A stretch of DNA of 64,000 nt from Candidatus Aphodoplasma sp. (GCA_045626925.1 JAZUQZ010000031.1:11087-75086), one strand, 5' to 3'; positions 1 through 10,113 are shown, counted from the stretch's first letter. The notes: generated by a model from the letters alone, not told the origin. Translations and numbers: made by a program.

Positions 1-749
1 TAAACTATGAAAATATACCAAACATTGTAAATCTTGACCCACAGTATAAAAATCTTTCGTATGACCCGCAAAGTGCATACAGTGTTGCCTACCTTACAGA
101 TATGGTTGGTATACTTTATAACATAGACGAAACAGGAAGAGAAATTACAAGTATAGAGGACTTGTTTGACCCTGCATTTGCGCGCAAGGTATGTATGCTT
201 GATTCAATACGCGACACAATCGGTCTTACGCTCAAGATGCTCGGCTATTCAATGAACGATACAGACCCGGAACACATTGCACAGGCAAGAGATATACTCT
301 TAGAACAAAAACCGCGTGTGCTTGCATATGGTACAGACGAGCTTGCACCAAAGGTTATGAGCGGTGCGGCAGCTATGGCTATGGTATATCTTGGTGAAGG
401 AATTACAGCGATTGAAGAACAACCGGAGAATATGCGTTTTACAATCCCAAGCGAAGGTACAAACCGCGCTGTTGACGCGTTTGCAATCCTTAAGACAAGC
501 AAAAATAAAGAGGCAGCAGAAGCATTTATAAACTTTATGCTGCGTCCCGATATAGCACTCAAGAACAGTGTTGAAACGGGCTATTCAACACCAAATGCAA
601 AAGCAAAAGAGCTGCTAGACGATGAGATAAAAAATGATAAAAATCGTTATCCATCAAAGGAAATCCTTGATAAATGTGAAATTTTTGAGACGCTTCCTGC
701 GGACAATACAAGCTTTATCGATGCGTGGAATATGGTAAAGGCAAAATAA
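1..749 (+). CDS. potD: Polyamine (spermidine/putrescine) ABC transporter substrate-binding protein, C-terminal part; 5' end outside window
   Basis: Frame 3 is open from the window edge (NYENIPNIVNLDPQYKNLSYDPQSAYSVAYLTD precedes the listed Met at 102). The translated C-terminal half looks like PotD/PotF-type solute-binding proteins. A hairpin terminator follows. Confidence 0.65.
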   Translation, partial: NYENIPNIVNLDPQYKNLSYDPQSAYSVAYLTDMVGILYNIDETGREITSIEDLFDPAFARKVCMLDSIRDTIGLTLKMLGYSMNDTDPEHIAQARDILLEQKPRVLAYGTDELAPKVMSGAAAMAMVYLGEGITAIEEQPENMRFTIPSEGTNRAVDAFAILKTSKNKEAAEAFINFMLRPDIALKNSVETGYSTPNAKAKELLDDEIKNDKNRYPSKEILDKCEIFETLPADNTSFIDAWNMVKAK

Positions 750-761
750 TTTTTATATAAA

Positions 762-793
762 ATAAAATGGTGGGTTTTCCCCACCATTTTTTA
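762..793. terminator. Bidirectional rho-independent terminator between potD-like (+) and membrane glycosyltransferase (-)
   Basis: aaaatggtggg / cccaccatttt stem with a ttttc loop, flanked by A-run and T-run. Confidence 0.75.
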
Positions 794-808
794 TTTCTTT
801 ATCACTTT

Positions 809-2284
809 TTATTTTTCAAGCTTCTGTTCTTTTTGTTTATAAATATGTTGTTGCACTTCCTCATACACGCGCACAAGTGCACCGCTTGCAAAAATTATAA
901 AAATCGGAATTAGCATATAATTGTATCTGTTTTGTACCTCTATTAACATAAATGCTACAAAATAACTAACGACTATAAGCATTAACAGAAGCTCTCTTCG
1001 GCTTTTTGAATAAAGCGCCATCAAACCCTTTAGTAAAACAAGCAAAAGTATAACAAACATAACTCCGTTTGTCGCCGGCGTATACCATTTTTGTGCAAAT
1101 TCTCCCGTTTTATTTTCTATGCACCATGGATAATTATATGTTCCATACTGATACATAATCTTTTTTAGTGCCAAAACAGCAAGCTTTCCCTTGTCTTGGG
1201 AACGCTCTGCAATAAGTTTATCAAGGGCCTTGTTATTTTTAATAAGTGCACCATCTTCCTCGTTCCAGAGCCCATCACTTTCTGCATTTAACCCTACAGC
1301 AACCTTATATTTATAGTTTGTATTGGTTATCTTCTCGACTGCAATACCCGACTCTGTCATAATAAGGCTTGTCGCAAAACAAATCGTTATATAAACTCCA
1401 ATAAACATAACGCAGTAACCTGCTGTTTTCCTTGTTGCATCAGGAAGCTTCTTTTTATATTTGACGCTCATAATGTTTCTATATATAAAGTAAACTGTCC
1501 CAGCGACGATATATGCCGTCATCTCAGAGCGAATAATTTGTGATATTGCAGCAAATATAGATGCAATTGCAATATTTGCAAGTCTTTGTTTTAGTGGATT
1601 TGCTATCAATATATATACAGAAAGAAGAAAAAATGTCGTCGCAATATGTTGATTTGATAAAACAGAAGAATACATAAGCCCAATCGGCAACAAAGACATT
1701 ATCAGCCCCGCTGTTATGCCGGCGCGCCTTCCATAAAGATTCTTTGCTATCATAGCCGTTAAAACACAGCTAAATGCACTAAATATGTTAAAAAACACCT
1801 GGATTGGATAATATCCTTCTCCAAATAATCTCAAAATTGTTGCTTCTATTAAAATAAATGGAATATGGTCAGGCCATAATTTATAATAATATTTGAGGCT
1901 CTCACCTACCATTGACTCTCTTTCTAAAAACTCCGAACCAGACAGCTTTAACGCTACTTCATACATTGATTTAAAATCACTTGTCGGCTCTATAGGCCAC
2001 GAGTTAAGTATTATAAGTCTCAATAAAAATGCAATAATAAATATAAGCGAAAGCCACATATTATATGCATTAACCGTCTTTTCAGAAAATGCTGTTAAAA
2101 TATATAAGGACGCTGCAGTAAGTATAACCCCTATTGTCATATAAACAATACCACTGCTTGTTGCGGTAATGTTTCCCAAAATGGAAAAAATTGTAAAAAT
2201 CAATATGACGCCAATTACACCTATGCGTGCTATGTACTCTTGTATCGTTTCGCGTCTTCTTTTAATGCCAAGCTTGTTCCCCAT
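809..2284 (-). CDS. Polytopic membrane protein, GT-C type (ArnT/PMT-like) glycosyltransferase candidate
   Basis: Many predicted TM helices in the 517-aa ORF. Preferred start is MGNKLGIKRRRE at 2284, with GAAAGGA 7 nt upstream; the listed start at 2362 has no RBS. The family call rests on general architecture only. Confidence 0.45.
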   Translation of the reverse strand: MGNKLGIKRRRETIQEYIARIGVIGVILIFTIFSILGNITATSSGIVYMTIGVILTAASLYILTAFSEKTVNAYNMWLSLIFIIAFLLRLIILNSWPIEPTSDFKSMYEVALKLSGSEFLERESMVGESLKYYYKLWPDHIPFILIEATILRLFGEGYYPIQVFFNIFSAFSCVLTAMIAKNLYGRRAGITAGLIMSLLPIGLMYSSVLSNQHIATTFFLLSVYILIANPLKQRLANIAIASIFAAISQIIRSEMTAYIVAGTVYFIYRNIMSVKYKKKLPDATRKTAGYCVMFIGVYITICFATSLIMTESGIAVEKITNTNYKYKVAVGLNAESDGLWNEEDGALIKNNKALDKLIAERSQDKGKLAVLALKKIMYQYGTYNYPWCIENKTGEFAQKWYTPATNGVMFVILLLVLLKGLMALYSKSRRELLLMLIVVSYFVAFMLIEVQNRYNYMLIPIFIIFASGALVRVYEEVQQHIYKQKEQKLEK

Positions 2285-2382
2285 ATCGATTGTCCTTTCT
2301 GCCATAATACTACAAATATACATTATATCACAATCTGTTCTATGTTTCAACTTTTTTTGCAAAAAGTTTGTAGTTTTTTTTG

Positions 2383-2398
2383 TGTTTCACATGAAACA
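2383..2398. promoter_or_regulatory. parS: parS-like site 1 (TGTTTCACATGAAACA)
   Basis: 15/16 match to the Firmicute parS consensus TGTTNCACGTGAAACA (central CACGTG is CACATG). Lies just upstream of the soj/spo0J promoter. Confidence 0.75.
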
Positions 2399-2416
2399 AT
2401 TTTAAACATTTTTTTG

Positions 2417-2432
2417 TGTTTCACATGAAACA
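2417..2432. promoter_or_regulatory. parS: parS-like site 2 (TGTTTCACATGAAACA)
   Basis: Identical to site 1 and 34 bp downstream; it ends 16 bp before the putative -35 of the par promoter. Confidence 0.75.
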
Positions 2433-2447
2433 ATTCTTCTTGAACTC

Positions 2448-2476
2448 TTTACTAATCAATCTTTATGTGTTACAAT
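2448..2476 (+). promoter_or_regulatory. Putative sigma-A promoter of soj-spo0J
   Basis: TTTACT (2448-2453), 17-nt spacer, TACAAT (2471-2476). Confidence 0.5.
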
Positions 2477-2510
2477 ATATATTAAGTTATGATGGAGGGA
2501 CTGATAAGTA

Positions 2511-3275
2511 ATGGGCAAAACAATCGCCGTTGCAAACCAAAAAGGCGGCGTGGGCAAAACCACAACCTCGCTAAACCTTGCAGCAGGTCTGGCGTTCAAG
2601 GGTAAGCGTGTACTTTTGGTAGATACTGACCCACAAGGCAACGCAACAAGCGGCATCGGAATAAACCGCCAAGAGATAAAAAGCTCTATATACGACTGTC
2701 TTATAAACGAAACGCGAGCGAGTGATGCGATAACGCATACAAATCAAGAAAGACTTGATTGTTTGCCGTCAAATATCGAGCTTGCAGGGGCGGAAATCGA
2801 GCTCGTTGGCACAGAAAACAGAGAGTCGCGCCTTAAAAACTGTCTTAACGAAATTAAGGATAATTATGATTTTATAATAATAGATTGTCCGCCTTCGCTT
2901 GGGCTTATAACGCTAAATGCTTTTTGTTGTGCCGATTCAATACTGATACCCGTCCAATGTGAGTATTATGCGCTCGAGGGACTTTCCCAGCTTACAAAAA
3001 CTATAAAAATGGTCAAAAAAACATTTAACCCGGCCCTTGCAATAGAAGGAATTGTGGCTACAATGTTTGATTCAAGAACAAACCTTGCAATTCAGGTTAT
3101 GGACGAGCTTAAAAAGTTTTTCAAAGACAAGCTCTATGCAACAGCAATACCGCGAAATGTGCGACTCAGTGAAGCGCCAAGCTTTGGCGAGTCAATACTC
3201 ACATATGACATTACCTCAAAGGGTGCCGATGCATATATTGCCCTTGCAAAAGAGGTAATCGAAGCAAACGAATAA
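2511..3275 (+). CDS. soj: Chromosome partitioning ATPase ParA/Soj
   Basis: MGKTIAVANQKGGVGKTTT deviant Walker A and full-length ParA-like translation, followed directly by parB. Confidence 0.95.
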   Translation: MGKTIAVANQKGGVGKTTTSLNLAAGLAFKGKRVLLVDTDPQGNATSGIGINRQEIKSSIYDCLINETRASDAITHTNQERLDCLPSNIELAGAEIELVGTENRESRLKNCLNEIKDNYDFIIIDCPPSLGLITLNAFCCADSILIPVQCEYYALEGLSQLTKTIKMVKKTFNPALAIEGIVATMFDSRTNLAIQVMDELKKFFKDKLYATAIPRNVRLSEAPSFGESILTYDITSKGADAYIALAKEVIEANE

Positions 3276-3312
3276 AATTTGTGCTACATTTGTGGCAGAA
3301 TGGAGAAAATAT

Positions 3313-4203
3313 ATGGCAAAACGAGGACTAGGAAAAGGAATTGGAGCGTTGTTCGGTGGCGATATAGACGAAACAGGCATCATCGAACGCGATATAGACC
3401 TTATAAATGACACCGCAAAGGAAAATGTCACAATGTTAAAAATCTCAAGGGTTGAACCTAATAAGGAGCAGCCACGAAAGGTTTTTGACGAGGAAAAGCT
3501 TAATATGCTTGCCGATTCTATTAAAAAGCACGGCGTTATTCAACCAATAATCGTAAAAGATACGAAAAGCGGATTTTATCAGATTGTTGCAGGTGAAAGG
3601 CGGTGGCGCGCAAGCCGTATTGCCGGTTTAAAGGAAATCCCCGCAATAATAAGAAGCTATGACGAGCTTGCTACAATGCAGATTGCACTTATTGAAAATT
3701 TGCAACGCGAGGATTTGAATCCTATTGAAGAAGCGCTTGGATACAAGGCCTTGCTCGATGAGTTTTCATTTACACAAGAGCAAGTATCAGAACAAGTCGG
3801 CAAAAGTCGCTCTGCAATAGCAAACTCCATACGATTGCTCGCACTTCCGCAACAAGTGCGCGAAATGCTTGAAAAAAAAGAGCTTTCAAGCGGTCATGCG
3901 CGTGCAGTTCTTGCAGTAAATGACGACGAATCGAAGCTTTTGCTTGCACAAAAAATTGTAGAAAACTCATTAAATGTGCGCCAGGCAGAACAACTTGCAA
4001 AAGCATTAAATGCGCCCAAAAAAGAAAAAAGAGAAAAACCTTTGACCCAACTTGATATCCAAATTGGTGAAATTCAGAAGAGAATGAGCGAAATTCTTGG
4101 AACAAAAGTAAAAATACAAAATGGCGCAAAAAAGGGAAAGATAGAAATTGAATACTATTCTGAAAATGACCTTGAAAGACTTTTAAAGATACTTGATGTA
4201 TAA
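3313..4203 (+). CDS. spo0J: Chromosome partitioning protein ParB/Spo0J
   Basis: MAKRGLGKGIGALF N-terminus, GERRWRA ParB box and HTH region. Start at 3313 is preferred (GGAGA 7 nt upstream) over the listed 3292. Confidence 0.93.
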   Translation: MAKRGLGKGIGALFGGDIDETGIIERDIDLINDTAKENVTMLKISRVEPNKEQPRKVFDEEKLNMLADSIKKHGVIQPIIVKDTKSGFYQIVAGERRWRASRIAGLKEIPAIIRSYDELATMQIALIENLQREDLNPIEEALGYKALLDEFSFTQEQVSEQVGKSRSAIANSIRLLALPQQVREMLEKKELSSGHARAVLAVNDDESKLLLAQKIVENSLNVRQAEQLAKALNAPKKEKREKPLTQLDIQIGEIQKRMSEILGTKVKIQNGAKKGKIEIEYYSENDLERLLKILDV

Positions 4204-4400
4204 ATTTTACATAAAATACTAAAAATTGGAAAAAGTTGGAAACTTTAGTATAAAATTGCCGTTTTTACATCGAACAAACTCGACATCATCAATATGTTGA
4301 CATGTTTAAGGGCAAAAATTCAATATAGCGCATTTTAGAGGCGTTTTAGAGCGCATGACAAAATCGCACAAAAACAAACGATAAAAGGGAGGCAACTTAT

Positions 4401-4895
4401 ATGCTTTCAATTTCGAGAGCTACCGCAGAAATAATAATTTTGGTTGCTGTTGTAGTAATTGCCGTTTTAATTGCCTGTTTAGTAATGAGCATACTAAACA
4501 GTGTCCGCTTAAGGCGAATTATGACAAATTGTTCCTCTGGCAAGCTGGACGAATCTATAATTATATATTATAATAAGATAAGTGAGCTTGCACATGAGCT
4601 CGATAAAAAAACGGCTCAATTTGAACACATAGAAAAAATGATAGCCGCCGGCGTACAAAAATATGCCGTTGTGCATTACGACGCATTTAATGATATCACT
4701 AACAACCTTAGCTTTTCAATGGTGCTATTAGATGCAAACAATACCGGCTTTGTTTTGACATCTATTTATGGACGCAACGGTTCAAACTTTTACATAAAAT
4801 CGATTTTAAAAGGCAAATCGAACGCCACAATGTCCGACGAAGAGATAGATGCATACGAACGCGCTATCAGAGCATACGAAAACAAACTGAAATGA
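4401..4895 (+). CDS. N-terminally membrane-anchored protein of unknown function (DUF4446-like, family call from memory)
   Basis: Strong RBS (aaaagggagg), one N-terminal TM helix and a ~130-aa soluble domain, sitting immediately after parB. Confidence 0.5.
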   Translation: MLSISRATAEIIILVAVVVIAVLIACLVMSILNSVRLRRIMTNCSSGKLDESIIIYYNKISELAHELDKKTAQFEHIEKMIAAGVQKYAVVHYDAFNDITNNLSFSMVLLDANNTGFVLTSIYGRNGSNFYIKSILKGKSNATMSDEEIDAYERAIRAYENKLK

Positions 4896-4905
4896 GGTAA
4901 ATACA

Positions 4906-5376
4906 ATGAAAAAAGCAACAAAATCACTTTGGCTATATGCCGCAATACTGTTTATAATTGCAATTGCACTAATTTCGACCGCAACGCTTATGCAGGCACG
5001 CCTTGTAAGCTCTGACGGCAATATTGAGGTTTTGGGCACATTCACAAAAAACACCAAGCAAAGCATCGAAAATCTTACTAATGAAAACATTGAGCTTGCA
5101 AACAAACTTAATGAAATGACAAATGCTTATAACACATTAAAAACAGATTTTGAAAATGTATTCAATGATGCAGCAACGCAAAGCCGTCATAAAGAGATTA
5201 TGCGTCAGATGTATTCTGCATACGCAAATGATGATTACGATTCGCTTGATGCGCTATTTAAAAAGATTGATGAACAGTCGCTCATTACCGAGCAAGAAGC
5301 AAACCAGTTTATACCGGGCTTTTTTGCAAGAGCAAAACGCGCGCTTAATGAATATAAATCGAGCAACGACAGATAA
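4906..5376 (+). CDS. Hypothetical membrane-anchored coiled-coil protein
   Basis: RBS GAGGT, N-terminal TM helix (LWLYAAILFIIAIALISTATL), then heptad-like polar sequence. Tightly packed between the DUF4446-like gene and serS. Confidence 0.5.
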   Translation: MKKATKSLWLYAAILFIIAIALISTATLMQARLVSSDGNIEVLGTFTKNTKQSIENLTNENIELANKLNEMTNAYNTLKTDFENVFNDAATQSRHKEIMRQMYSAYANDDYDSLDALFKKIDEQSLITEQEANQFIPGFFARAKRALNEYKSSNDR

Positions 5377-5408
5377 TTTCAATATAACTATATAAAGGGG
5401 AAAGAACA

Positions 5409-6701
5409 ATGATTGACATTAAACTAATAAGAACGAATCCTGAAATTATAAAGGAAAATATTAAAAAGAAGTTTCAAGACGAAAAACTCGTGCTTGTTGA
5501 TGAGGTTATCGCCCTCGATAGTGAGTTTCGCGATGCAAAAACGCGCTGTGACTATCTTCGCAGCCAAAGAAACTCTATAAGCAAGCAGATTGGGGCATTT
5601 ATGGCACAGGGCAAAAAGGACGAAGCCGAAAATGCCAAAGCCCAGGTAAACGCTATGGCTGATGAACTTGCAGCTCTTAATGTAAAGGTGGACGAGCTGG
5701 AGACAAAAATTCGTGAAATAATGCTTGTAATACCAAACATTATTGATGATTCTGTGCCTATTGGCAAAGACGACAGCGAAAATGTTGAGTTGGAGCGTTT
5801 TGGCGATGCAACCGTGCCCGAATATGAAGTGCCATACCATGTTGATATAATGGAAAGCTTTGACGGAATAGACCTTGACAGTGCAAGAAAAACAAGCGGA
5901 AACGGATTTTACTATCTTAAAGGGGACATCGCACGCCTTCATTCTGCTATTTTGTCATATGCACGCGACTTTATGATTGACAGGGGTTTTACTTATTATG
6001 TGCCCCCATTTATGATTAGAAGCAGCGTCGTTACCGGTGTTATGAGTTTTGCTGAAATGGAAAATATGATGTATAAAATAGAGGGAGAGGACCTTTATCT
6101 TATAGGTACAAGTGAGCACTCTATGATTGGCAAATTTATTGACACAAGTCTTGATGAGGATACTTTGCCACAAACGCTTACAAGCTATTCGCCATGCTTT
6201 AGAAAAGAGGTCGGAGCACATGGCATTGAAGAGCGTGGCGTATACCGCATACATCAGTTTGAAAAGCAGGAAATGGTCGTTGTATGTAAACCAGAGGACA
6301 GTGCCGACTGGTTTACAAAGCTTTATAATAACTCGGTCGATTTCTTCCGTTCACTTGACATTCCCGTTCGTACGATAGAGTGTTGTTCGGGCGACTTGGC
6401 AGATTTAAAGGTTAAAAGTATCGATGTTGAGGCATGGTCACCACGCCAGCAAAAATATTTCGAGGTTGGCAGTTGTTCAAACCTTGGCGATGCGCAGGCG
6501 CGTCGTATGGGCATCCGCATTCGCAACAAAGAAAAAGGCAACTATTTTGCGCACACACTTAATAATACAGTTGTTGCGCCACCGCGTATGCTTATCGCAT
6601 TTTTAGAAAATAATCTTGCTGCAGACGGCTCTGTTTCAATTCCAAAACCACTTCAAATGTATATGGGTGGCAAAGAAAAGCTTGTGCCACTTGAAAAATA
6701 A
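5409..6701 (+). CDS. serS: Seryl-tRNA synthetase
   Basis: N-terminal coiled-coil arm (MIDIKLIRTNPE...) and class II core motifs across the 430-aa translation. Confidence 0.95.
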   Translation: MIDIKLIRTNPEIIKENIKKKFQDEKLVLVDEVIALDSEFRDAKTRCDYLRSQRNSISKQIGAFMAQGKKDEAENAKAQVNAMADELAALNVKVDELETKIREIMLVIPNIIDDSVPIGKDDSENVELERFGDATVPEYEVPYHVDIMESFDGIDLDSARKTSGNGFYYLKGDIARLHSAILSYARDFMIDRGFTYYVPPFMIRSSVVTGVMSFAEMENMMYKIEGEDLYLIGTSEHSMIGKFIDTSLDEDTLPQTLTSYSPCFRKEVGAHGIEERGVYRIHQFEKQEMVVVCKPEDSADWFTKLYNNSVDFFRSLDIPVRTIECCSGDLADLKVKSIDVEAWSPRQQKYFEVGSCSNLGDAQARRMGIRIRNKEKGNYFAHTLNNTVVAPPRMLIAFLENNLAADGSVSIPKPLQMYMGGKEKLVPLEK

Positions 6702-6710
6702 ACCGACAAT

Positions 6711-6747
6711 AAAAATAGCCCGAATCAACTTCGGGCTATTTTTTTAT
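6711..6747. terminator. Bidirectional terminator (serS / hisIE)
   Basis: aaatagcccgaa tcaac ttcgggctattt followed by a T-run. Confidence 0.8.
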
Positions 6748-7397
6748 TTATATCTTTTATAGAGTTCCTCATAAATATCGTGCCAATCAAGACCTCTTTC
6801 GCAAAGCATCACGGATAAATGATACATCAAATCAGCAACCTCGTATTGGATTTCATCCTTGCTTGCATTTTTTGCACCAATTATAACCTCTGCTGTTTCT
6901 TCGCCGACCTTTTTAAGTATCTTGTCGATACCTTTATCAAAAAGATAATTTGTGTATGAGCCTTCCTTTGGGTTGTCGCGTCTGTCCTCAATTACCTTAT
7001 ATACATCCGAAAAAATGCCCGCATCAGCACCATTTGCTGTTTCTACTGCAGAAAGCTCTCCATTTTCATCTGCCTTGCGATAAAAGCACGAAAAGTTTCC
7101 CGTATGACACGCCGCACCATCGGGCTTGACCTTTAAAACAAGCGTATCCCCATCACAATCAAGATATATCTGGCACACATTCATAAAATGTCCGGATGTT
7201 TCACCCTTTACCCAAATGCATTGTCTGCTTCTTGAAAAAAATGTTGCCTTTTTTGTTTCAAGTGTCATCTTCAAAGACTGCTCATTCATATACGCAACCA
7301 TAAGCACACGGTTTGTATCTATATCCTGCACAACCGCAGGTACAAGCCCTTTTTCATCAAATTTTACCTCGTTTAATAAGCTCATCTCATTCGCCAT
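6744..7397 (-). CDS. hisI: Bifunctional phosphoribosyl-AMP cyclohydrolase / phosphoribosyl-ATP pyrophosphatase HisIE
   Basis: HisI motif region ([13 protein letters not shown]...[10 protein letters not shown]...ACHTG) followed by a HisE-like C-terminal half ([23 protein letters not shown]). Confidence 0.9.
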   Translation of the reverse strand: MANEMSLLNEVKFDEKGLVPAVVQDIDTNRVLMVAYMNEQSLKMTLETKKATFFSRSRQCIWVKGETSGHFMNVCQIYLDCDGDTLVLKVKPDGAACHTGNFSCFYRKADENGELSAVETANGADAGIFSDVYKVIEDRRDNPKEGSYTNYLFDKGIDKILKKVGEETAEVIIGAKNASKDEIQYEVADLMYHLSVMLCERGLDWHDIYEELYKRYK

Positions 7398-7405
7398 CCT
7401 TTATA

Positions 7406-8131
7406 TTATATGTTTTTCGTTTTAACAATAGCTTCTTTAAGGTCAACACGCCCCGTATATAGCGCCTTGCCGACAATTACTCCGCCGACGCCCGTATCTT
7501 CAAGCGACAAAATATCATCAAGGCATCCGATGCCACCCGATGCAATAACATCAACACCGCTCACCGCCGTTGCCATTTCGCGCATCGCACAAACATTTGT
7601 CCCACCAAGCGTGCCATCCGTTGCGATATCGGTATATACGATAGTCTTTGCGCCTATATCGCGCATCTTTTTTGCAAAATCAACTGCACCAATTTTGCTG
7701 ACCTTTTCCCATCCGTGTGTAGCTACATAGCCATCCTTTGCATCAATGCCGATGACGATTCGTTTTTCGCCAAATTTTTTTATTGCTTCGCACACAAAAT
7801 CGGGGTCATCTAGCGCCACTGTACCAAGTATAACACGATTTATGCCCCATGACAAGCGTTTTTCAATATCTTCAAGGCTTCTTATGCCACCGCCCGTCTG
7901 TACGGGAACATTTACCGATGCACATATGCGTTTAATTGCCTCTGCGCTCACGCTTTCGCCTATCAATGCTCCATCAAGGTCAACAACATGAATAAATTCT
8001 CCACCAAGCGACTCCCATTTTTTTGCCATTTCGGCAGGGTCATCGCCATAAACAGTAACCTCATCAAAGCGTCCCTTGAAAAGTCTTACACATTTTCCGT
8101 CTTTTATATCAATTGCAGGATATAATCTCAT
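7406..8131 (-). CDS. hisA: ProFAR isomerase HisA
   Basis: MRLYPAIDIKDGKCVRL N-terminus and a (beta/alpha)8 HisA-like translation. Confidence 0.9.
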   Translation of the reverse strand: MRLYPAIDIKDGKCVRLFKGRFDEVTVYGDDPAEMAKKWESLGGEFIHVVDLDGALIGESVSAEAIKRICASVNVPVQTGGGIRSLEDIEKRLSWGINRVILGTVALDDPDFVCEAIKKFGEKRIVIGIDAKDGYVATHGWEKVSKIGAVDFAKKMRDIGAKTIVYTDIATDGTLGGTNVCAMREMATAVSGVDVIASGGIGCLDDILSLEDTGVGGVIVGKALYTGRVDLKEAIVKTKNI

Positions 8132-8133
8132 TA

Positions 8134-8781
8134 TCAGCTTTCCTCCACATCCATAACAGCCTTAAGACGCGACACAATATCAAGTATGCGCTCGCGTTCC
8201 ATCTTCATGCTTACGCGGTTTACAACAAAGCGCGCCGAAATATCACATATGGTTTCAAGCACACAAAGCCCGTTTTCTTCAAGCGTTTTGCCCGACTCAA
8301 CAATGTCGACAATAACCTCTGAAAGACCTACAAGCGGCGCAAGCTCGACCGAGCCGTGAAGCTTTATAATTTCAACTGTACGCCCTTTTTCACGGAAGAA
8401 ATAATTTCGTGCAATATTTGTAAATTTTGACGCTACGCGAAGATTGTTCGTCGCAGACAATTTGTCACGCATTTGCTCGGGACCACAAACGCACATACGG
8501 CATTTGCCGACGCCGAGATTTATCATTTCATAAAGATTTCTTCCCTCTTCAAGAAGGGTGTCCTTTCCCACAATTCCAATATCAGCCGCACCATATTCAA
8601 CATATGTCGGCACATCTGATGCCTTTACAAGTATAAACTTCACCTTGTTTTTTTCATCAGTAAATATAAGCTTGCGGCTCTTTTGCTTCATTTCTGAACA
8701 ATCAAGCCCGATTTGCATAAACAAATCCATAGATATTTCCGCAAGCCTGCCTTTTGCAAGTGCTATTGTAAGGTATTTCAT
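8134..8781 (-). CDS. hisG: ATP phosphoribosyltransferase, short form HisG
   Basis: 215-aa short-form HisG; its start overlaps the stop of the upstream HisZ-like gene by 4 nt. Confidence 0.9.
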   Translation of the reverse strand: MKYLTIALAKGRLAEISMDLFMQIGLDCSEMKQKSRKLIFTDEKNKVKFILVKASDVPTYVEYGAADIGIVGKDTLLEEGRNLYEMINLGVGKCRMCVCGPEQMRDKLSATNNLRVASKFTNIARNYFFREKGRTVEIIKLHGSVELAPLVGLSEVIVDIVESGKTLEENGLCVLETICDISARFVVNRVSMKMERERILDIVSRLKAVMDVEES

Positions 8782-10055
8782 AGTGTCATACCCTCCTTTA
8801 TGTCACAAAGCGATATAGTTTTTTCGCTTCCATCAAGTTTATAAAGCTTAATGCTTTCATTGCCCTCGGAGGCGATAACCGTACTGATTTTTCGCTCATT
8901 TGCAAACGACAACGCCTCTTTTATATCACATCCGTCGCCATAGAAGTTTTCTATCATATAGCCTTTTTTTCGAAGAACATTTGCCGCCGCCATCGCTTTT
9001 GCAAAATCGGGCTTTGTAATCATAACTGCATCAATCTTTGGTGTATCAATCTTTTTGTTTTGTCTTACAAGCGCCGACAAAACGCGGTTTACGCCGATTG
9101 CGACGCCAACGGCGCTCATATTTTTACCAAAATCAGCAATAAGCGAATCATATCTGCCGCCGCCGCACACCGAAAACCCAACATCATAGGTAACACCCTT
9201 AAAAATTACGCCAGTATAATAATCAATGCTCTGTAGCATACCAAGGTCAAGAGAAACATATTTTTCAAGTCCGCACGAACAAATAATATTATAAACATTT
9301 TTCAAATTTTCAAGTGCATCCGCAGAGCGTTTGTTAAGGTTTTTTGCGCTCGCCTCTTCAAGCACCTCCGCACCGCCAAAAAGATATGGCATACGACACA
9401 CAAGCTCTTTAATCTGTTTGTCTGCGTCATACTTTTCAACGACCTGTGCTATAGAAAACGAGTCTTTAAAATCTATCATGGTGCGAATTTTTTCAAAATC
9501 CTCATCATCAAGTCCAAGCTGTTGTGCAAGTCCTTTAAAAAACTCTACCTGACCGATATCAATTTGAAATTCATCAAGACCTGCGCTTAAAAGTGCATTG
9601 ATTGTAACGATAATCGCCTCTGCATCCGCCTCGCACGAACCATCGCCAATAAGCTCGATACCCGCTTGGGTAAACTCTGATGATAAAGACGACGCCGCTC
9701 CATCATAACGGAACGCATCTGCAACATAACAAAGCCTTGCAGGCAATGGGTCGTTATATTTTGTCCCCATTACGCGAGCAATCGATGTTGTAATGTCGCC
9801 ACGCAGTGCAAGTATACGCCCCTGTGCATCAAAAAACTTATAAAGCTTTTGTGGCGACACATCTCCTGCGCTTTGTGAATATATGTCTATATATTCAAAT
9901 GCAGGCGTCTTAATCGTTTTATATCCATACGAAGCAAAGGCAGATGCAATCTTTTTTTCAATTGATTGCTTTGCCATACATTCCTCCGGAAGATAGTCCA
10001 TAACCCCTTCAGGCGTGTGGTATTTTAAATTAAGCATATTATCACTTCCAAACAT
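8778..10055 (-). CDS. hisZ: ATP phosphoribosyltransferase regulatory subunit HisZ (HisRS paralog)
   Basis: HisRS-like translation ([12 protein letters not shown]), translationally coupled to short-form hisG. The true start is probably the Met at 10037 (GGAAGTG RBS). Confidence 0.8.
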   Translation of the reverse strand: MFGSDNMLNLKYHTPEGVMDYLPEECMAKQSIEKKIASAFASYGYKTIKTPAFEYIDIYSQSAGDVSPQKLYKFFDAQGRILALRGDITTSIARVMGTKYNDPLPARLCYVADAFRYDGAASSLSSEFTQAGIELIGDGSCEADAEAIIVTINALLSAGLDEFQIDIGQVEFFKGLAQQLGLDDEDFEKIRTMIDFKDSFSIAQVVEKYDADKQIKELVCRMPYLFGGAEVLEEASAKNLNKRSADALENLKNVYNIICSCGLEKYVSLDLGMLQSIDYYTGVIFKGVTYDVGFSVCGGGRYDSLIADFGKNMSAVGVAIGVNRVLSALVRQNKKIDTPKIDAVMITKPDFAKAMAAANVLRKKGYMIENFYGDGCDIKEALSFANERKISTVIASEGNESIKLYKLDGSEKTISLCDIKEGMTL

Positions 10056-10058
10056 TTA

Positions 10059-10113
10059 CTTTATCGCGCTAAATCGATAAAGATATTATATAACCTTTAT
10101 CGCTCATTGTCAA
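10059..10113 (-). promoter_or_regulatory. his operon sigma-A promoter embedded in a three-arm inverted repeat (candidate repressor operator)
   Basis: Minus strand reads TTGACA (10113-10108), 17 nt, TATAAT (10090-10085). The 8-mer CGATAAAG/CTTTATCG occurs three times (10095-10102, 10075-10082, 10059-10066). This forms one palindrome around the -10 and a second between the -10 and the start codon. Confidence 0.6.

Larger units (their letters stand above)
2375..2435. repeat. Two 27-bp direct repeats (period 34 bp), each containing a parS-like palindrome
   Basis: tttttttgtgtttcacatgaaacaatt occurs at 2375-2401 and 2409-2435, identical copies. Confidence 0.9.

Noticed and set aside
5377-5408. T-box leaders upstream of serS and of hisZ (10056-10206)
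   Set aside because: serS starts 33 nt after the preceding gene, with no room for a leader. The his 5' region is under 50 nt and contains no GGTGGTACCGCG-type sequence.
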